In this document: positions 10,247-19,769 of the stretch, piece after piece
How positions within the stretch are numbered: position 1 is the stretch's first letter
How the letters are laid out: every line of letters starts with the position of its first letter
Assembly (NCBI GenBank): GCA_012270385.1
Contig: JAAXIK010000289.1
Span: 17,248-81,247 of the forward strand
Direction: 5' to 3'
From: Rubripirellula sp.
Lineage (GTDB): Bacteria; Planctomycetota; Planctomycetia; Pirellulales; Pirellulaceae
Length of the DNA stretch: 64,000 nucleotides
The notes under the pieces: generated by a model
What the model was told of the DNA's origin: nothing
The model's database searches: none
Seen by the model: the letters and a program-made list of their open reading frames with translations, nothing else
Made by a program: the position numbers and the translations under genes

Positions 10247-11638
10247 TCAGTTCTCAAGCAGTTGAGGAACATCAGGATGTAAAGGCCGATTGAGGGTGTC
10301 CTTACTCAGTGCCCCTTGAGGAACTGGTGGGCACTGTTTAAGTAAATACTCGAGTTCTCGGCGGACCTGTCGCGCCTCTTCATTAGCGGACTCACTGAGA
10401 TCTTGCTGCTCATCGAGATCCACGGGAACGTCATAATATCTTCCGTCACGATAAAGCTTGTACCTTGCGGTTCGCGCATACTGCCCTGGTTTCTTGTTCC
10501 AGTAACATTGGTAATGACACAACACCCACTCTCGTAGTCGGCCGGGCTCTCCATTGAGCTGAGGAAAAAAGCTTCTCCCATCGAATGGCTCCTGTGAGGT
10601 CTTTACCGTGCCTGCTGCATCGAGCAGAGTTGCGTAGAAATCCGTAAAGTCGATGAGGTCAGGTAGAACCGTGCCTGGAGGTGTATGCCCTTTCCACCTC
10701 GCCACAAAAGGGACGTGTGTCCCATTATCTTTCATCCCTGCTTTTCCACCTTTAATTTCTCTTCCGTCCCACTGCGAACGAATACCTGTATTGGTTCCAT
10801 TGTCTGCGGTAAACATGATGATGGTGTCTTCTGCGATTCCAAGATCATCAATTTTCTTTGTAATGCGTCCTATCAAGTGATCCATGTACTGAACCATCGC
10901 AACAAAGTTTTTCTTCTTCGCTTCATATCCTTTTGGTGCTCGGTTCAGGCCATGTGTGATTGGTTGTTCTCCAACCGTCTCGGGTGTGGGGACAAACGGG
11001 TCGTGCACCAGAACCATTGGATAGTAGACAAAAAACGGATCATCGACGTTATCCTCCATAAAGTCACAGATAAAGTCCGTCAATAAATCAGGTCCATACT
11101 TTCCTTGATTCATTTCCTTGCTGATAAACTTGCCGTTGTGTTCAAGAGGTGGATTCCAAAAACGCTCTCCCCCATCTCCGCCCTTACCCTTGGTGACTTG
11201 CCACAGCAAGGATTCGTGAAATCCAGCGTTTTGTGGCCTCTTGGGATCCTGATGACCGGGTAGCTGGTTATAGAGACCATTTAACTGCCATTTTCCCGCG
11301 ATCGCCGTCCGATACCCAGCCTCTTGCATCATGTGTCCAAATGTTCGCTCTTGGGGATCGAGATAACCGAAGTGCGTGTAGTTACGAAAACCATATTTGC
11401 CGGTCATTATCTTGACGCGCGAAGGCGTGCAGATAGGTGTCGAGTAACAGTGTTCAAAACGTATCCCATCGGAAGCAAGTTGATCGATATGCGGCGTGGA
11501 GTAATCCTCACCACCGTAACATCCAAAGCACTCCCAACTGACATCATCCGCCATAATCAGCACGACATTGGGTCGATCAGAAGCCAGCAGGGAATGCGTC
11601 ATGAACGAAAAAAATAGAATTGACGTTGCTAATTTCAT
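10247..11638 (-). CDS. Sulfatase (S1, Cys-type)
   Basis: Signal peptide, PNVVLIMADD, CTPSR..IMTG, AGKWQL, TADNG. Confidence 0.95.
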   Translation of the reverse strand: MKLATSILFFSFMTHSLLASDRPNVVLIMADDVSWECFGCYGGEDYSTPHIDQLASDGIRFEHCYSTPICTPSRVKIMTGKYGFRNYTHFGYLDPQERTFGHMMQEAGYRTAIAGKWQLNGLYNQLPGHQDPKRPQNAGFHESLLWQVTKGKGGDGGERFWNPPLEHNGKFISKEMNQGKYGPDLLTDFICDFMEDNVDDPFFVYYPMVLVHDPFVPTPETVGEQPITHGLNRAPKGYEAKKKNFVAMVQYMDHLIGRITKKIDDLGIAEDTIIMFTADNGTNTGIRSQWDGREIKGGKAGMKDNGTHVPFVARWKGHTPPGTVLPDLIDFTDFYATLLDAAGTVKTSQEPFDGRSFFPQLNGEPGRLREWVLCHYQCYWNKKPGQYARTARYKLYRDGRYYDVPVDLDEQQDLSESANEEARQVRRELEYLLKQCPPVPQGALSKDTLNRPLHPDVPQLLEN

Positions 11639-11887
11639 CACAACGATGGACCTAAACGAGAAATGGTTTGCCAAAGTAAAAATTGCCGTATTATTCTGAG
11701 AAGGCTTTCAGGCTACCATATAAAGTCCCTCGACGTTTATCCGAATTAAGATAGAGATTTAGAGTAGCGAAGAAAAAACGGATGGCTGCCTCGTAAATTG
11801 ATTAGACAATTCGGAACCCGTCGCGGAACGGGGAAACTTGAAGAGTATCACGAACAAAAACGAATTCGCATCTTAAAAAGCAACACA

Positions 11888-14800
11888 ATGAGATTATTCC
11901 TGATCAGTCTGCTTGCGGTATTGCCCTATGCATCTTTAACGGCAGACGATTTCAAATCCATTTTTAATGGTCAAGATCTTTCGGGTTGGGTTGGAAAAGA
12001 CAACCACTGGAAGGTCGATTCAGGTGTGATTAAAGGTGAAACTACCAAAGAAAACCCAACCAAATCCAATACGTTCCTCATTTGGGAAGGCGGTGAGGTT
12101 GGAGACTTTATTTTCAAGACTCTTGTCCGTTTCTCCGGAAACAACTCTGGTGTGCAGTATCGTAGCGAGCGAATGGGTGATCCATCACAATTCGCAGTCA
12201 AAGGATACCAAGCAGATTTACATCCCAAGCCTGAATACTTCGGGATGCTTTATGCCGAAAAATGGCGAGGTATCGTTGCCAAGCGATTTCAAAAGGTAGT
12301 CGTTGATAATGATGGTAATGCCGAGGTGGTTGGTGAAGTTGGAGATCGCAATCAGAACTTGACTGATTGGGAATGGAATGAACTAACCATCATCGCAGTC
12401 GGCAATCGCCAAATTCACCAGGTCAATGGCGTAACAACGATGGACCTGATCGACAATCACCCTGAAGCAAAACGCAAAGGCATTCTGGCGTTGCAACTTC
12501 ATGCGGGTGCACCCATGAAGGTGGAATTTAAAGATCTGAGAATAAAAGAACTGAATTCAGATCAAGGGAAGGAAGCCATCAAACCCTTCGTGAAGAATGA
12601 AGGGAATTTAGCAACACCTGTTGACCGCATCTCCGTTGCTGACGGGTTTAAAGTTGAATTACTTTATTCTGTACCTGGAGATTCTCAAGGTTCGTGGGTG
12701 AATCTCTGCGCAGATGAAAAGGGCCGACTGATCGTCAGCGACCAATTTGGTGGCCTATACAGAATACAACCCCCTGCCGCTAATCAAGTACTCGGTCTCG
12801 AGGATATCCATGAAGTCCCCGCTGACATTCGCGCTGTCAATGGAATGGCTTGGATTAACAAAGCCCTTTATGTCGGCGTTAACGACTACGAACGCAAAAT
12901 ACCCTCTGGACTATATCGCATCACCGACAGCAATGATGATGATGAATTGGATCACGTGGAGGTTCTCAGAGAATTTGAAGCCAGGGGAGATCATGGTGTA
13001 CACGCGGTTGTGCCGAGCCCTGATCAGGATTCACTTTTTCTGGTGACTGGCAACAGTACGACGATGACCGAAATCAGTGATCACTCGCCGGTTCCAAGGA
13101 ATTGGGGTGAAGATCACTTACTAACCAGCTTTCCTGATGGACGAGGACACAATCGAGGTGTTCTGGCACCAGGGGGTATCATTTATCAAGTTGATCTGGA
13201 GGGCAAAGAATTTCGCGCGTATGCGAATGGCTTCCGTAACATCTTTGACGCAGCATTTAATCGCGACGGCGAACTGTTCACCTACGATGCTGACATGGAG
13301 TACGATTTCAATACGCCATGGTACAGGCCGACTCGGATCAATCACGTCGTCAGTGGTGCTGAGTACGGTTGGCGTAATGGTGCTGGCAAACGTCCCACGT
13401 TCTACCCAGATAATTTACCCGCAACCATTGATATTGGCCCTGGATCGCCCACTGGAGTGACTTTTGGTTACGGTGCGAAATTCCCCAACCGATACCAAGA
13501 TGCTCTGTTCGCTCTGGATTGGAGCTGGGGAAAGCTGTACGCCATCCATCTCGAACACGATGGAGGATCCTATAAAGCTACCAAGGAAGAATTCCTCACC
13601 GGTGCTCCGCTGCCAATCACTGATGCGATCATCAATCCAATCGACGGAGCAATGTACTTCACCATCGGAGGTCGAAAGGTTCAATCTGGACTCTATCGAG
13701 TCACCTATGTGGGGACCGAGACGACAGATGAATCTGTAAAACCACAGATGATCAACTCCGCTCAGAAACTGCGTCGCAGACTGGAATCCTTTCATGGGAA
13801 AATCAACCCTGGAGCTCTGGATGCCGCGTGGCCCCACCTTGCCAATCCGGATCGCTACATTCGTCATGCCGCCAGAATAGCCATCGAACATCAACCCGTT
13901 GAATCATGGATCGATCGTGCACTGGTGGAAGAGGATGACGCAATCAAAGTAGAGCTACTGCTCGCGCTCTCTCGATCAACTGCTGATTGTCCACTCCATT
14001 CAAACGATGGAGCAACAAGCACTGACGCGGTATTACGTGACAAATTAATCGCAAGCTTCTTGGACATTGATTTAGACTCAATCACCGCTGATCAACAAAT
14101 CACTGCCTATCGCGCAATGCAAATCCTTTTACACCGATTTGCAAAACCCGACGCACAAACCATTGAATCCATCATTGGAAAATTGGATCCAAGATTCCCG
14201 GCAACTACTCCAGAATTGAACTGGATACTTTGCGAAACACTCGCCTGGTTGCAGGCACCGAACACTGCAAGCAAAGCGATTGCGTTGATAAAAGATTCAC
14301 CCACGCAAGAAGAACAGATGCAGTACGCACGCTCGATTCGGTTCTTGAAAACTGGATGGACGAAGCCGTTGCGAATTGAATACTTCAACTGGTTTCTCAA
14401 AGCAGCGAACTATCGCGGCGGTGCAAGTTTTGAAAAGTTCATTGAGTTTATTAGAAATGATGCTGTGGCAACTTTGAGTCCAGAGCAAAAAGAATCACTC
14501 AAGGTTGTTCTGGCTAAGGAACCAGAGAAGAAGTCCGCACTTGAGAATTTAGGCGAAGTTTTTGTTGACCGGAAAGAAAAGCAATGGACACTCAACGAAC
14601 TCAGTAATTATACAAGCGAGCATCTTACCAACCGAGATTTTAATAACGGAAGAAAGATGTTCGCAGCATCGGGTTGCTATGCCTGTCATCGCTTCAATAA
14701 CCAAGGGGGCATGACCGGCCCTGACCTGACGACAGCGGGCAGAAGATATTCCATCCGTGACTTGAGCGCTCAGGTGGTCACTCCAAGCAAAGTCCTCAAC

Positions 14801-15091
14801 GAGCAGTTCTCCGCGGTGAAGATCCTGACCGATGACGGGCGACTCCATTCAGGTGTGATTGTCAATCTTGGGGTGAGGCGTGATGGTGACATGTTGGTAT
14901 TAAATACCGATCTCACCGACCCCAATGCTCGAGTCAGTATCGACAGAAATACCATTGAGCAACTTGCAATTTCCAAAACGTCTCCCATGCCGTCTGGTTT
15001 ATTTAATCGGATGACAAAACCCGAAATCGCTGACCTGATCGCCTACCTGCTAAGCGGGGGAAACCCAAAAGACCAAATGTTCAAACCTTAG
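11888..15091 (+). CDS. DUF1080 domain + PVC-type beta-propeller dehydrogenase-like protein with C-terminal heme c (CxxCH)
   Basis: The N-terminal DUF1080 has FNGQDLSGW, NNSGVQYRS, GYQAD and GILALQLH. The propeller has GFKVELLY, GDHGVHA, NGFRNIFD, DADMEYD and GPGSPTG. A helical repeat region follows, then the heme domain CYACH..GPDLT...SPMPSGL. Confidence 0.88.
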   Translation: MRLFLISLLAVLPYASLTADDFKSIFNGQDLSGWVGKDNHWKVDSGVIKGETTKENPTKSNTFLIWEGGEVGDFIFKTLVRFSGNNSGVQYRSERMGDPSQFAVKGYQADLHPKPEYFGMLYAEKWRGIVAKRFQKVVVDNDGNAEVVGEVGDRNQNLTDWEWNELTIIAVGNRQIHQVNGVTTMDLIDNHPEAKRKGILALQLHAGAPMKVEFKDLRIKELNSDQGKEAIKPFVKNEGNLATPVDRISVADGFKVELLYSVPGDSQGSWVNLCADEKGRLIVSDQFGGLYRIQPPAANQVLGLEDIHEVPADIRAVNGMAWINKALYVGVNDYERKIPSGLYRITDSNDDDELDHVEVLREFEARGDHGVHAVVPSPDQDSLFLVTGNSTTMTEISDHSPVPRNWGEDHLLTSFPDGRGHNRGVLAPGGIIYQVDLEGKEFRAYANGFRNIFDAAFNRDGELFTYDADMEYDFNTPWYRPTRINHVVSGAEYGWRNGAGKRPTFYPDNLPATIDIGPGSPTGVTFGYGAKFPNRYQDALFALDWSWGKLYAIHLEHDGGSYKATKEEFLTGAPLPITDAIINPIDGAMYFTIGGRKVQSGLYRVTYVGTETTDESVKPQMINSAQKLRRRLESFHGKINPGALDAAWPHLANPDRYIRHAARIAIEHQPVESWIDRALVEEDDAIKVELLLALSRSTADCPLHSNDGATSTDAVLRDKLIASFLDIDLDSITADQQITAYRAMQILLHRFAKPDAQTIESIIGKLDPRFPATTPELNWILCETLAWLQAPNTASKAIALIKDSPTQEEQMQYARSIRFLKTGWTKPLRIEYFNWFLKAANYRGGASFEKFIEFIRNDAVATLSPEQKESLKVVLAKEPEKKSALENLGEVFVDRKEKQWTLNELSNYTSEHLTNRDFNNGRKMFAASGCYACHRFNNQGGMTGPDLTTAGRRYSIRDLSAQVVTPSKVLNEQFSAVKILTDDGRLHSGVIVNLGVRRDGDMLVLNTDLTDPNARVSIDRNTIEQLAISKTSPMPSGLFNRMTKPEIADLIAYLLSGGNPKDQMFKP

Positions 15092-15247
15092 AACCTTTAC
15101 AGATGGAGACTCCGGTCTCAAGAAGCGATTCAAGATTAAATCCCAAGATGATTTATTGAACACATGTGACTGCCTTAGCTTGGCACACATGCAACACCCT
15201 CAACCTCAATGCATGGCTGACGAATACTCTGTTGCTTATTGAGATTT

Positions 15248-16828
15248 TCACTCAGCAATGCATATCAACTCTTTCATCGTTCTTGCGTAGAGTCGACCTT
15301 TGCTATAGGCCATACTCGAAAGCGACCATGTACGACCTGCATGTCCAAGATCACTGATGGATACGATGGATTCATCATTTAATTCAGGACTATTCCAGCG
15401 AATCACATAGACTGTCCCTATCATCGTAGGCATATATAGATAATCCCCGACCACGATTGGGCTTGCAGCAGAAACATGTCCCCATCCATCCAGAGTGGCT
15501 CGCTTATCTTGGTAGACGAGAAACCCATCCTGATTTCGCACATCATTTTCCAACGCTTGATTCCATCGCACCGTATCGTTTGAATCTTCACGAACTACCT
15601 GCACAGGTACTTGTAAATACTCTACTTTTTCATTTACCAAATCCACGCGTCCGATTAAGTATTGGCTGTGGGTACGAAAGAAATGAAAATTCTCAACCAG
15701 ACAGTTTGTATGGTATGTCGTGGGTCGCGTTTTTTTTCCAAAATCCAAATCGATTTGCTTCTCCGTTAAATATCGTTTCAATTCGGGGTTGTACCTGCAG
15801 AGAGTCACATCGCGAGACAGGGATATATCTGACAATAAATCTCCGGTGTTGATATCGATAGTTTGATGCTGCATTCCGAGGAACGCAGCCGCGAAACGAC
15901 GGTTCCAGACAGCGTTTTGATGCGCGTGGTAAGAGGGAATGGACGATTCCCAAAGGTTTTCTCCCGTATCTGCTCGCAGCAAAGAGAGTCCATAAGGTTC
16001 CTCAGGTGGTTGGTGGCCACCTCCTCGACCGGTCAAGATGGCGTACTCTCCATCTTTTATCTCTTGAATCATCGAGAGGGAATGGACCGACGACCCTGCC
16101 TCAGCTATCCAATTCAACTTGCCCGTTGAGATCTCGTAGGCATGAAGCCGCGTCCAGAATTCCTCACCCCTACCCAACGGTTTCGCACCCGCTTTAGTGG
16201 TAGCTTTGATAGGGAGATCTTCAGCAACGGTGCGAAGAATGATCACCTTACCGTCATGAAGGAGTGGCTCCTGTTGCCTCGCGTGGTGCCTTCCGAATGG
16301 TACCCAAGTCTTTTGCCAGATCAATTGACCACTATGGTCGTACGTTTGTATCGACCCACCCACATTAACAAAGCAGACATATTTGCCGTCTGTTACCGGA
16401 GTGGCTGCCGTATTATCACTGAAACCGCTTGCCATATCGGTTAGGCGAGTTGCGGGGAGCTCGCGCCTCCACAGCTCCTCTCCTGTTTCGGCATCAAAAC
16501 ACATTCCGTAAATTTCGCGGCCCGGCATGGAATCGGCAGACATCGGAGCATGACAGGTCAAAAAGACCTTCCCATTAGCAACGACGGGTGTGCTTTCGCC
16601 GGTATTAGGTAACGGAACACGCCACCGAATCGATTGGTTTCTTGCGACGCTAAAACTTTTCGGCGCGTTTCCAGACGTTTGATAATTATGTTTTGGTCCC
16701 GCGGCTAGAGGCCAATCTGCAAATCCCGGTGAAGGAAGCCCCATGAGCAGGCCATACGAAACGATAACCCATGCTCTGAATAACGAGCCGTGATGTTTAG
16801 TTTGTGCATCGTAATTGAGACTTCTCAT
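15248..16828 (-). CDS. PQQ-binding-like beta-propeller repeat protein (exported)
   Basis: DWPLAAGP, IRWRVPLP, STPVVANGKVF, CFDAETGEELWRR, TPVTDG and a C-terminal GRLYARTMKELICI. Confidence 0.85.
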   Translation of the reverse strand: MRSLNYDAQTKHHGSLFRAWVIVSYGLLMGLPSPGFADWPLAAGPKHNYQTSGNAPKSFSVARNQSIRWRVPLPNTGESTPVVANGKVFLTCHAPMSADSMPGREIYGMCFDAETGEELWRRELPATRLTDMASGFSDNTAATPVTDGKYVCFVNVGGSIQTYDHSGQLIWQKTWVPFGRHHARQQEPLLHDGKVIILRTVAEDLPIKATTKAGAKPLGRGEEFWTRLHAYEISTGKLNWIAEAGSSVHSLSMIQEIKDGEYAILTGRGGGHQPPEEPYGLSLLRADTGENLWESSIPSYHAHQNAVWNRRFAAAFLGMQHQTIDINTGDLLSDISLSRDVTLCRYNPELKRYLTEKQIDLDFGKKTRPTTYHTNCLVENFHFFRTHSQYLIGRVDLVNEKVEYLQVPVQVVREDSNDTVRWNQALENDVRNQDGFLVYQDKRATLDGWGHVSAASPIVVGDYLYMPTMIGTVYVIRWNSPELNDESIVSISDLGHAGRTWSLSSMAYSKGRLYARTMKELICIAE

Positions 16829-17019
16829 CTACTTATCTTGGAGTTTCCAATGTTGCGGACATTTACTTTTTCTGAGGAAAAGCGATTACACCTCGATCAA
16901 AAACATTCGTCACACTTTACCATATTGAGTGATGGATCATTCTAAGATCTGCTCGGTCGTTTCAAGCATTGAACTGTAAGTCAACCGAAAATCAAAAACT
17001 CAAACTTTCCACCAGCCTA

Positions 17020-18345
17020 ATGAAAAACCTGATCATCGCTATCGGATATCTGATAGGTGCCGCATACCTAACTAACGTAGAAGCGGAAGAAATCAAGAGG
17101 CCAAATATTCTGATCATCTTTACAGATGACCAAGGCTACTCGGATATCGGTTGTTACGGCAGTACTACCAATCGAACCCCGAGACTTGACCAACTTGCTC
17201 AAGAAGGAACACGCTTCACCTCTTTTTATTCACAAACTGTATGCGGACCCTCAAGATCGGCGCTGCTCACTGGACGCCAGCCGATCCGCAGTAAAGGATG
17301 GAGCATGCCCGCTTCGGAAATCACATTTGCTGAGCTGATGCAATCCGTTGGATACCAAACCGCGTGTATCGGAAAATGGGATGTTTCAAACCGCAAAGCC
17401 ATCACTGAGCGGATGCCAAATGCGCAAGGCTTTGATTACTACTTTGGCACACTCGGAGCAAATGATAATGGAACCGTATCCTTTCACGAAAATAATTTAC
17501 CTGGGGATTCCACATCAGATATGGGTAGCTTGACGAGACTGTACACCAACCATGCCATCGATTATCTGACATCACAACGAGATCCTGAGAAACCATTTCT
17601 GCTATATGTTGCCCACACGATGATGCACACCATCATTGATGCATCCGATCGGTTCCGTGGTAAGTCCGAAGGGGATTTATATGGCGATGTTGTGGAGGAG
17701 TTTGATTTTGAAACGGGACGACTGTTAGATACCCTCGATGACCTAGAACTATCCGATAACACATTGGTTATCTACACCAGTGATAACGGACCGTGGAATC
17801 AGGATAAATACACAAAGAGAAAGAAAGGGCACCCCGCCGATTCCATTTTCTGGGGCGATGCTGGACCATTACGAAATGGAAAGGGCTCACCCTATGAAGG
17901 AGGTTATCGTTTGCCTTGCATCATTCGTTGGCCAGGAAAAGTGCCGGAGGGAAATACTTCAGATGCGATCTTTGCAACCATCGACTTCCTACCCACATTT
18001 TCCTCCCTAGCGGGTTATGAAATCCCAACGGATAGACATATAGATGGGGTGGATCAACTCGATCTTTTGCTCGGGAAAACAGACTCAGGAAGAGATCATT
18101 TCTATTTCAATCGTGCAGGAGTTCGCAGAGGTCGATGGAAATACCTGCGAGCTTCAGCGCATTTCTATGGTTACGCCATCGAACCGAATCGTGAAAAAGT
18201 AGAAGAACTTTATGATCTCAAAATGGACATAGGGGAAACAAAAAATGTTGCCCTTCAATATCCAAAGCTACTTGCGGAACTGCGAGAACTAACACAATCC
18301 ATTGAAGGCAGTGATGCCGGAGAATCCGAACCTGGAATTCAATGA
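17020..18345 (+). CDS. Arylsulfatase-like sulfatase (S1, Cys-type)
   Basis: RPNILIIFTDDQGY, CGPSRSALLTG, TSDNG, YEGGYRLP. Confidence 0.95.
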   Translation: MKNLIIAIGYLIGAAYLTNVEAEEIKRPNILIIFTDDQGYSDIGCYGSTTNRTPRLDQLAQEGTRFTSFYSQTVCGPSRSALLTGRQPIRSKGWSMPASEITFAELMQSVGYQTACIGKWDVSNRKAITERMPNAQGFDYYFGTLGANDNGTVSFHENNLPGDSTSDMGSLTRLYTNHAIDYLTSQRDPEKPFLLYVAHTMMHTIIDASDRFRGKSEGDLYGDVVEEFDFETGRLLDTLDDLELSDNTLVIYTSDNGPWNQDKYTKRKKGHPADSIFWGDAGPLRNGKGSPYEGGYRLPCIIRWPGKVPEGNTSDAIFATIDFLPTFSSLAGYEIPTDRHIDGVDQLDLLLGKTDSGRDHFYFNRAGVRRGRWKYLRASAHFYGYAIEPNREKVEELYDLKMDIGETKNVALQYPKLLAELRELTQSIEGSDAGESEPGIQ

Positions 18346-18492
18346 TGACCATGCCTTCTAATCTCGAATTCTCCACCCAAGACGTCCAGAAGATTCTCCC
18401 GGAACCTAAGCGGTAAACAAGGGTTCAAACAAGCTTTCGAAGATGCTCTTGGCTAAAGCAAATTTAATGTCAATCCAAAAATAGGACGTACG

Positions 18493-19737
18493 ATGTATCG
18501 CAGACACCTTTTCTTCATCTCTTCACTTGGATTAGCTAGCGTGCTGATCGCGGTTGCTCAGCAACCACCACGGCCCCGACTACACCGCGTCATAAAAAAA
18601 GGAAATCTCCAACCGATTCCAGCGGACTCCACCAATCCACAAACAAACGAAGTCAGTATCGACATCGTGGGTAATCAACGAGTCATTCAAGCAAACGGGA
18701 TACCAGCTCACAAAACCGGAACGTTCCCAAACCGAGGTAATCCTAATCGGATCTCTGTGCAGGACCACGAGTACAGAATTCCCGCTAATCCTAAACAAGC
18801 CACTGAATCTACGCCCATTCAAGGTGAATTTGGTGTAGCGATCAATGGAGTACCTTTCGACCCGGGGGCAGGGGAGTTCTACGATGGAGAACCTGGCTGG
18901 CAATATGAACCTCTGTCCGGAGCCATTGCGCTCGGCATCGACGTCTCGCATGCGCATGTTCAGCCCAACGGAAAATACCACTATCACGGACTGCCGACAG
19001 GCTTGCTGGACTCCGTAAAATTGAACTCAAAACAACATTCGCCACTGATCGGTTGGGCCGCGGATGGCTTTCCAATCTATGCCGTGTATGGTTATTCAGA
19101 TCCGAACGACAGCAAATCAAAAGTTCAAAAGTTAAGCTCGAGCTATCAACTCAAAACTGGATCACGACCAGGTGGTGATGCCCCAGCGGGGATCTATGAT
19201 GGTACTTTCGTTCGTGACTACGAATATGTACCTGGGAGTGGAGATTTGGATGAATGCAATGGCCGCCAAACGGTAACCCCTGAGTTTCCCAATGGCACCT
19301 ACGCTTATTTTCTTACCGAGCAGTGGCCGGTGATTCCACGCTTTTGGAAAGGAACTCCATCACAAGATTTCCAAAGGGGAAGAGCGGGCGGAGGCCAACT
19401 ATTCCCTCGAGGGCTTGGAGAACGATCAGCAGGAAGAAGTCCAATGGGTCAACGGCCTACGGGACCCAATGGATTTGGTGGATCCAGAGATTTTGGTGCA
19501 CCCGGATCACGTAGGCCGAATGGCAACCAACCGTTTGGTGCTCCTCCAAAACCGGGACAAATATTACCTGATTTTGTGAAACGATCTCTCAATTTGACTG
19601 AAGATCAACAACAGCAAATCGACAAGCTCCAGATTTCAGTCGATGAACAGCTCAGAGAAATCCTCACTGAGGAACAAATTCGTCGCCTCGAGAATGGTGC
19701 TGGACTTCGATCACCGAGAAACCCACCACGCTTCTAA
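18493..19737 (+). CDS. YHYH domain protein with Gly/Pro/Arg-rich linker and C-terminal LTxxQ-like helical hairpin
   Basis: Signal peptide; GVAINGVPFDP, HAHVQPNGKYHYHG, IGWAADGFPIY, GDLDECNG; tail LNLTEDQQQQI...ILTEEQ. Confidence 0.88.
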   Translation: MYRRHLFFISSLGLASVLIAVAQQPPRPRLHRVIKKGNLQPIPADSTNPQTNEVSIDIVGNQRVIQANGIPAHKTGTFPNRGNPNRISVQDHEYRIPANPKQATESTPIQGEFGVAINGVPFDPGAGEFYDGEPGWQYEPLSGAIALGIDVSHAHVQPNGKYHYHGLPTGLLDSVKLNSKQHSPLIGWAADGFPIYAVYGYSDPNDSKSKVQKLSSSYQLKTGSRPGGDAPAGIYDGTFVRDYEYVPGSGDLDECNGRQTVTPEFPNGTYAYFLTEQWPVIPRFWKGTPSQDFQRGRAGGGQLFPRGLGERSAGRSPMGQRPTGPNGFGGSRDFGAPGSRRPNGNQPFGAPPKPGQILPDFVKRSLNLTEDQQQQIDKLQISVDEQLREILTEEQIRRLENGAGLRSPRNPPRF

Positions 19738-19769
19738 TTTCTCGTCTCATCTAATCAATCAGACTGAAC

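Noticed and set aside
14740-14810. Odd residues at usually conserved positions (for example LSAQVVTPS here, and KGSVFG near 34615) as functional novelties
   Set aside because: They cannot be separated from base-call errors or ordinary divergence without reads or alignments.
15248-16828. bamB outer-membrane assembly factor
   Set aside because: There is no evident lipobox or bam/der context, and two paralogs with family-specific His motifs are present.
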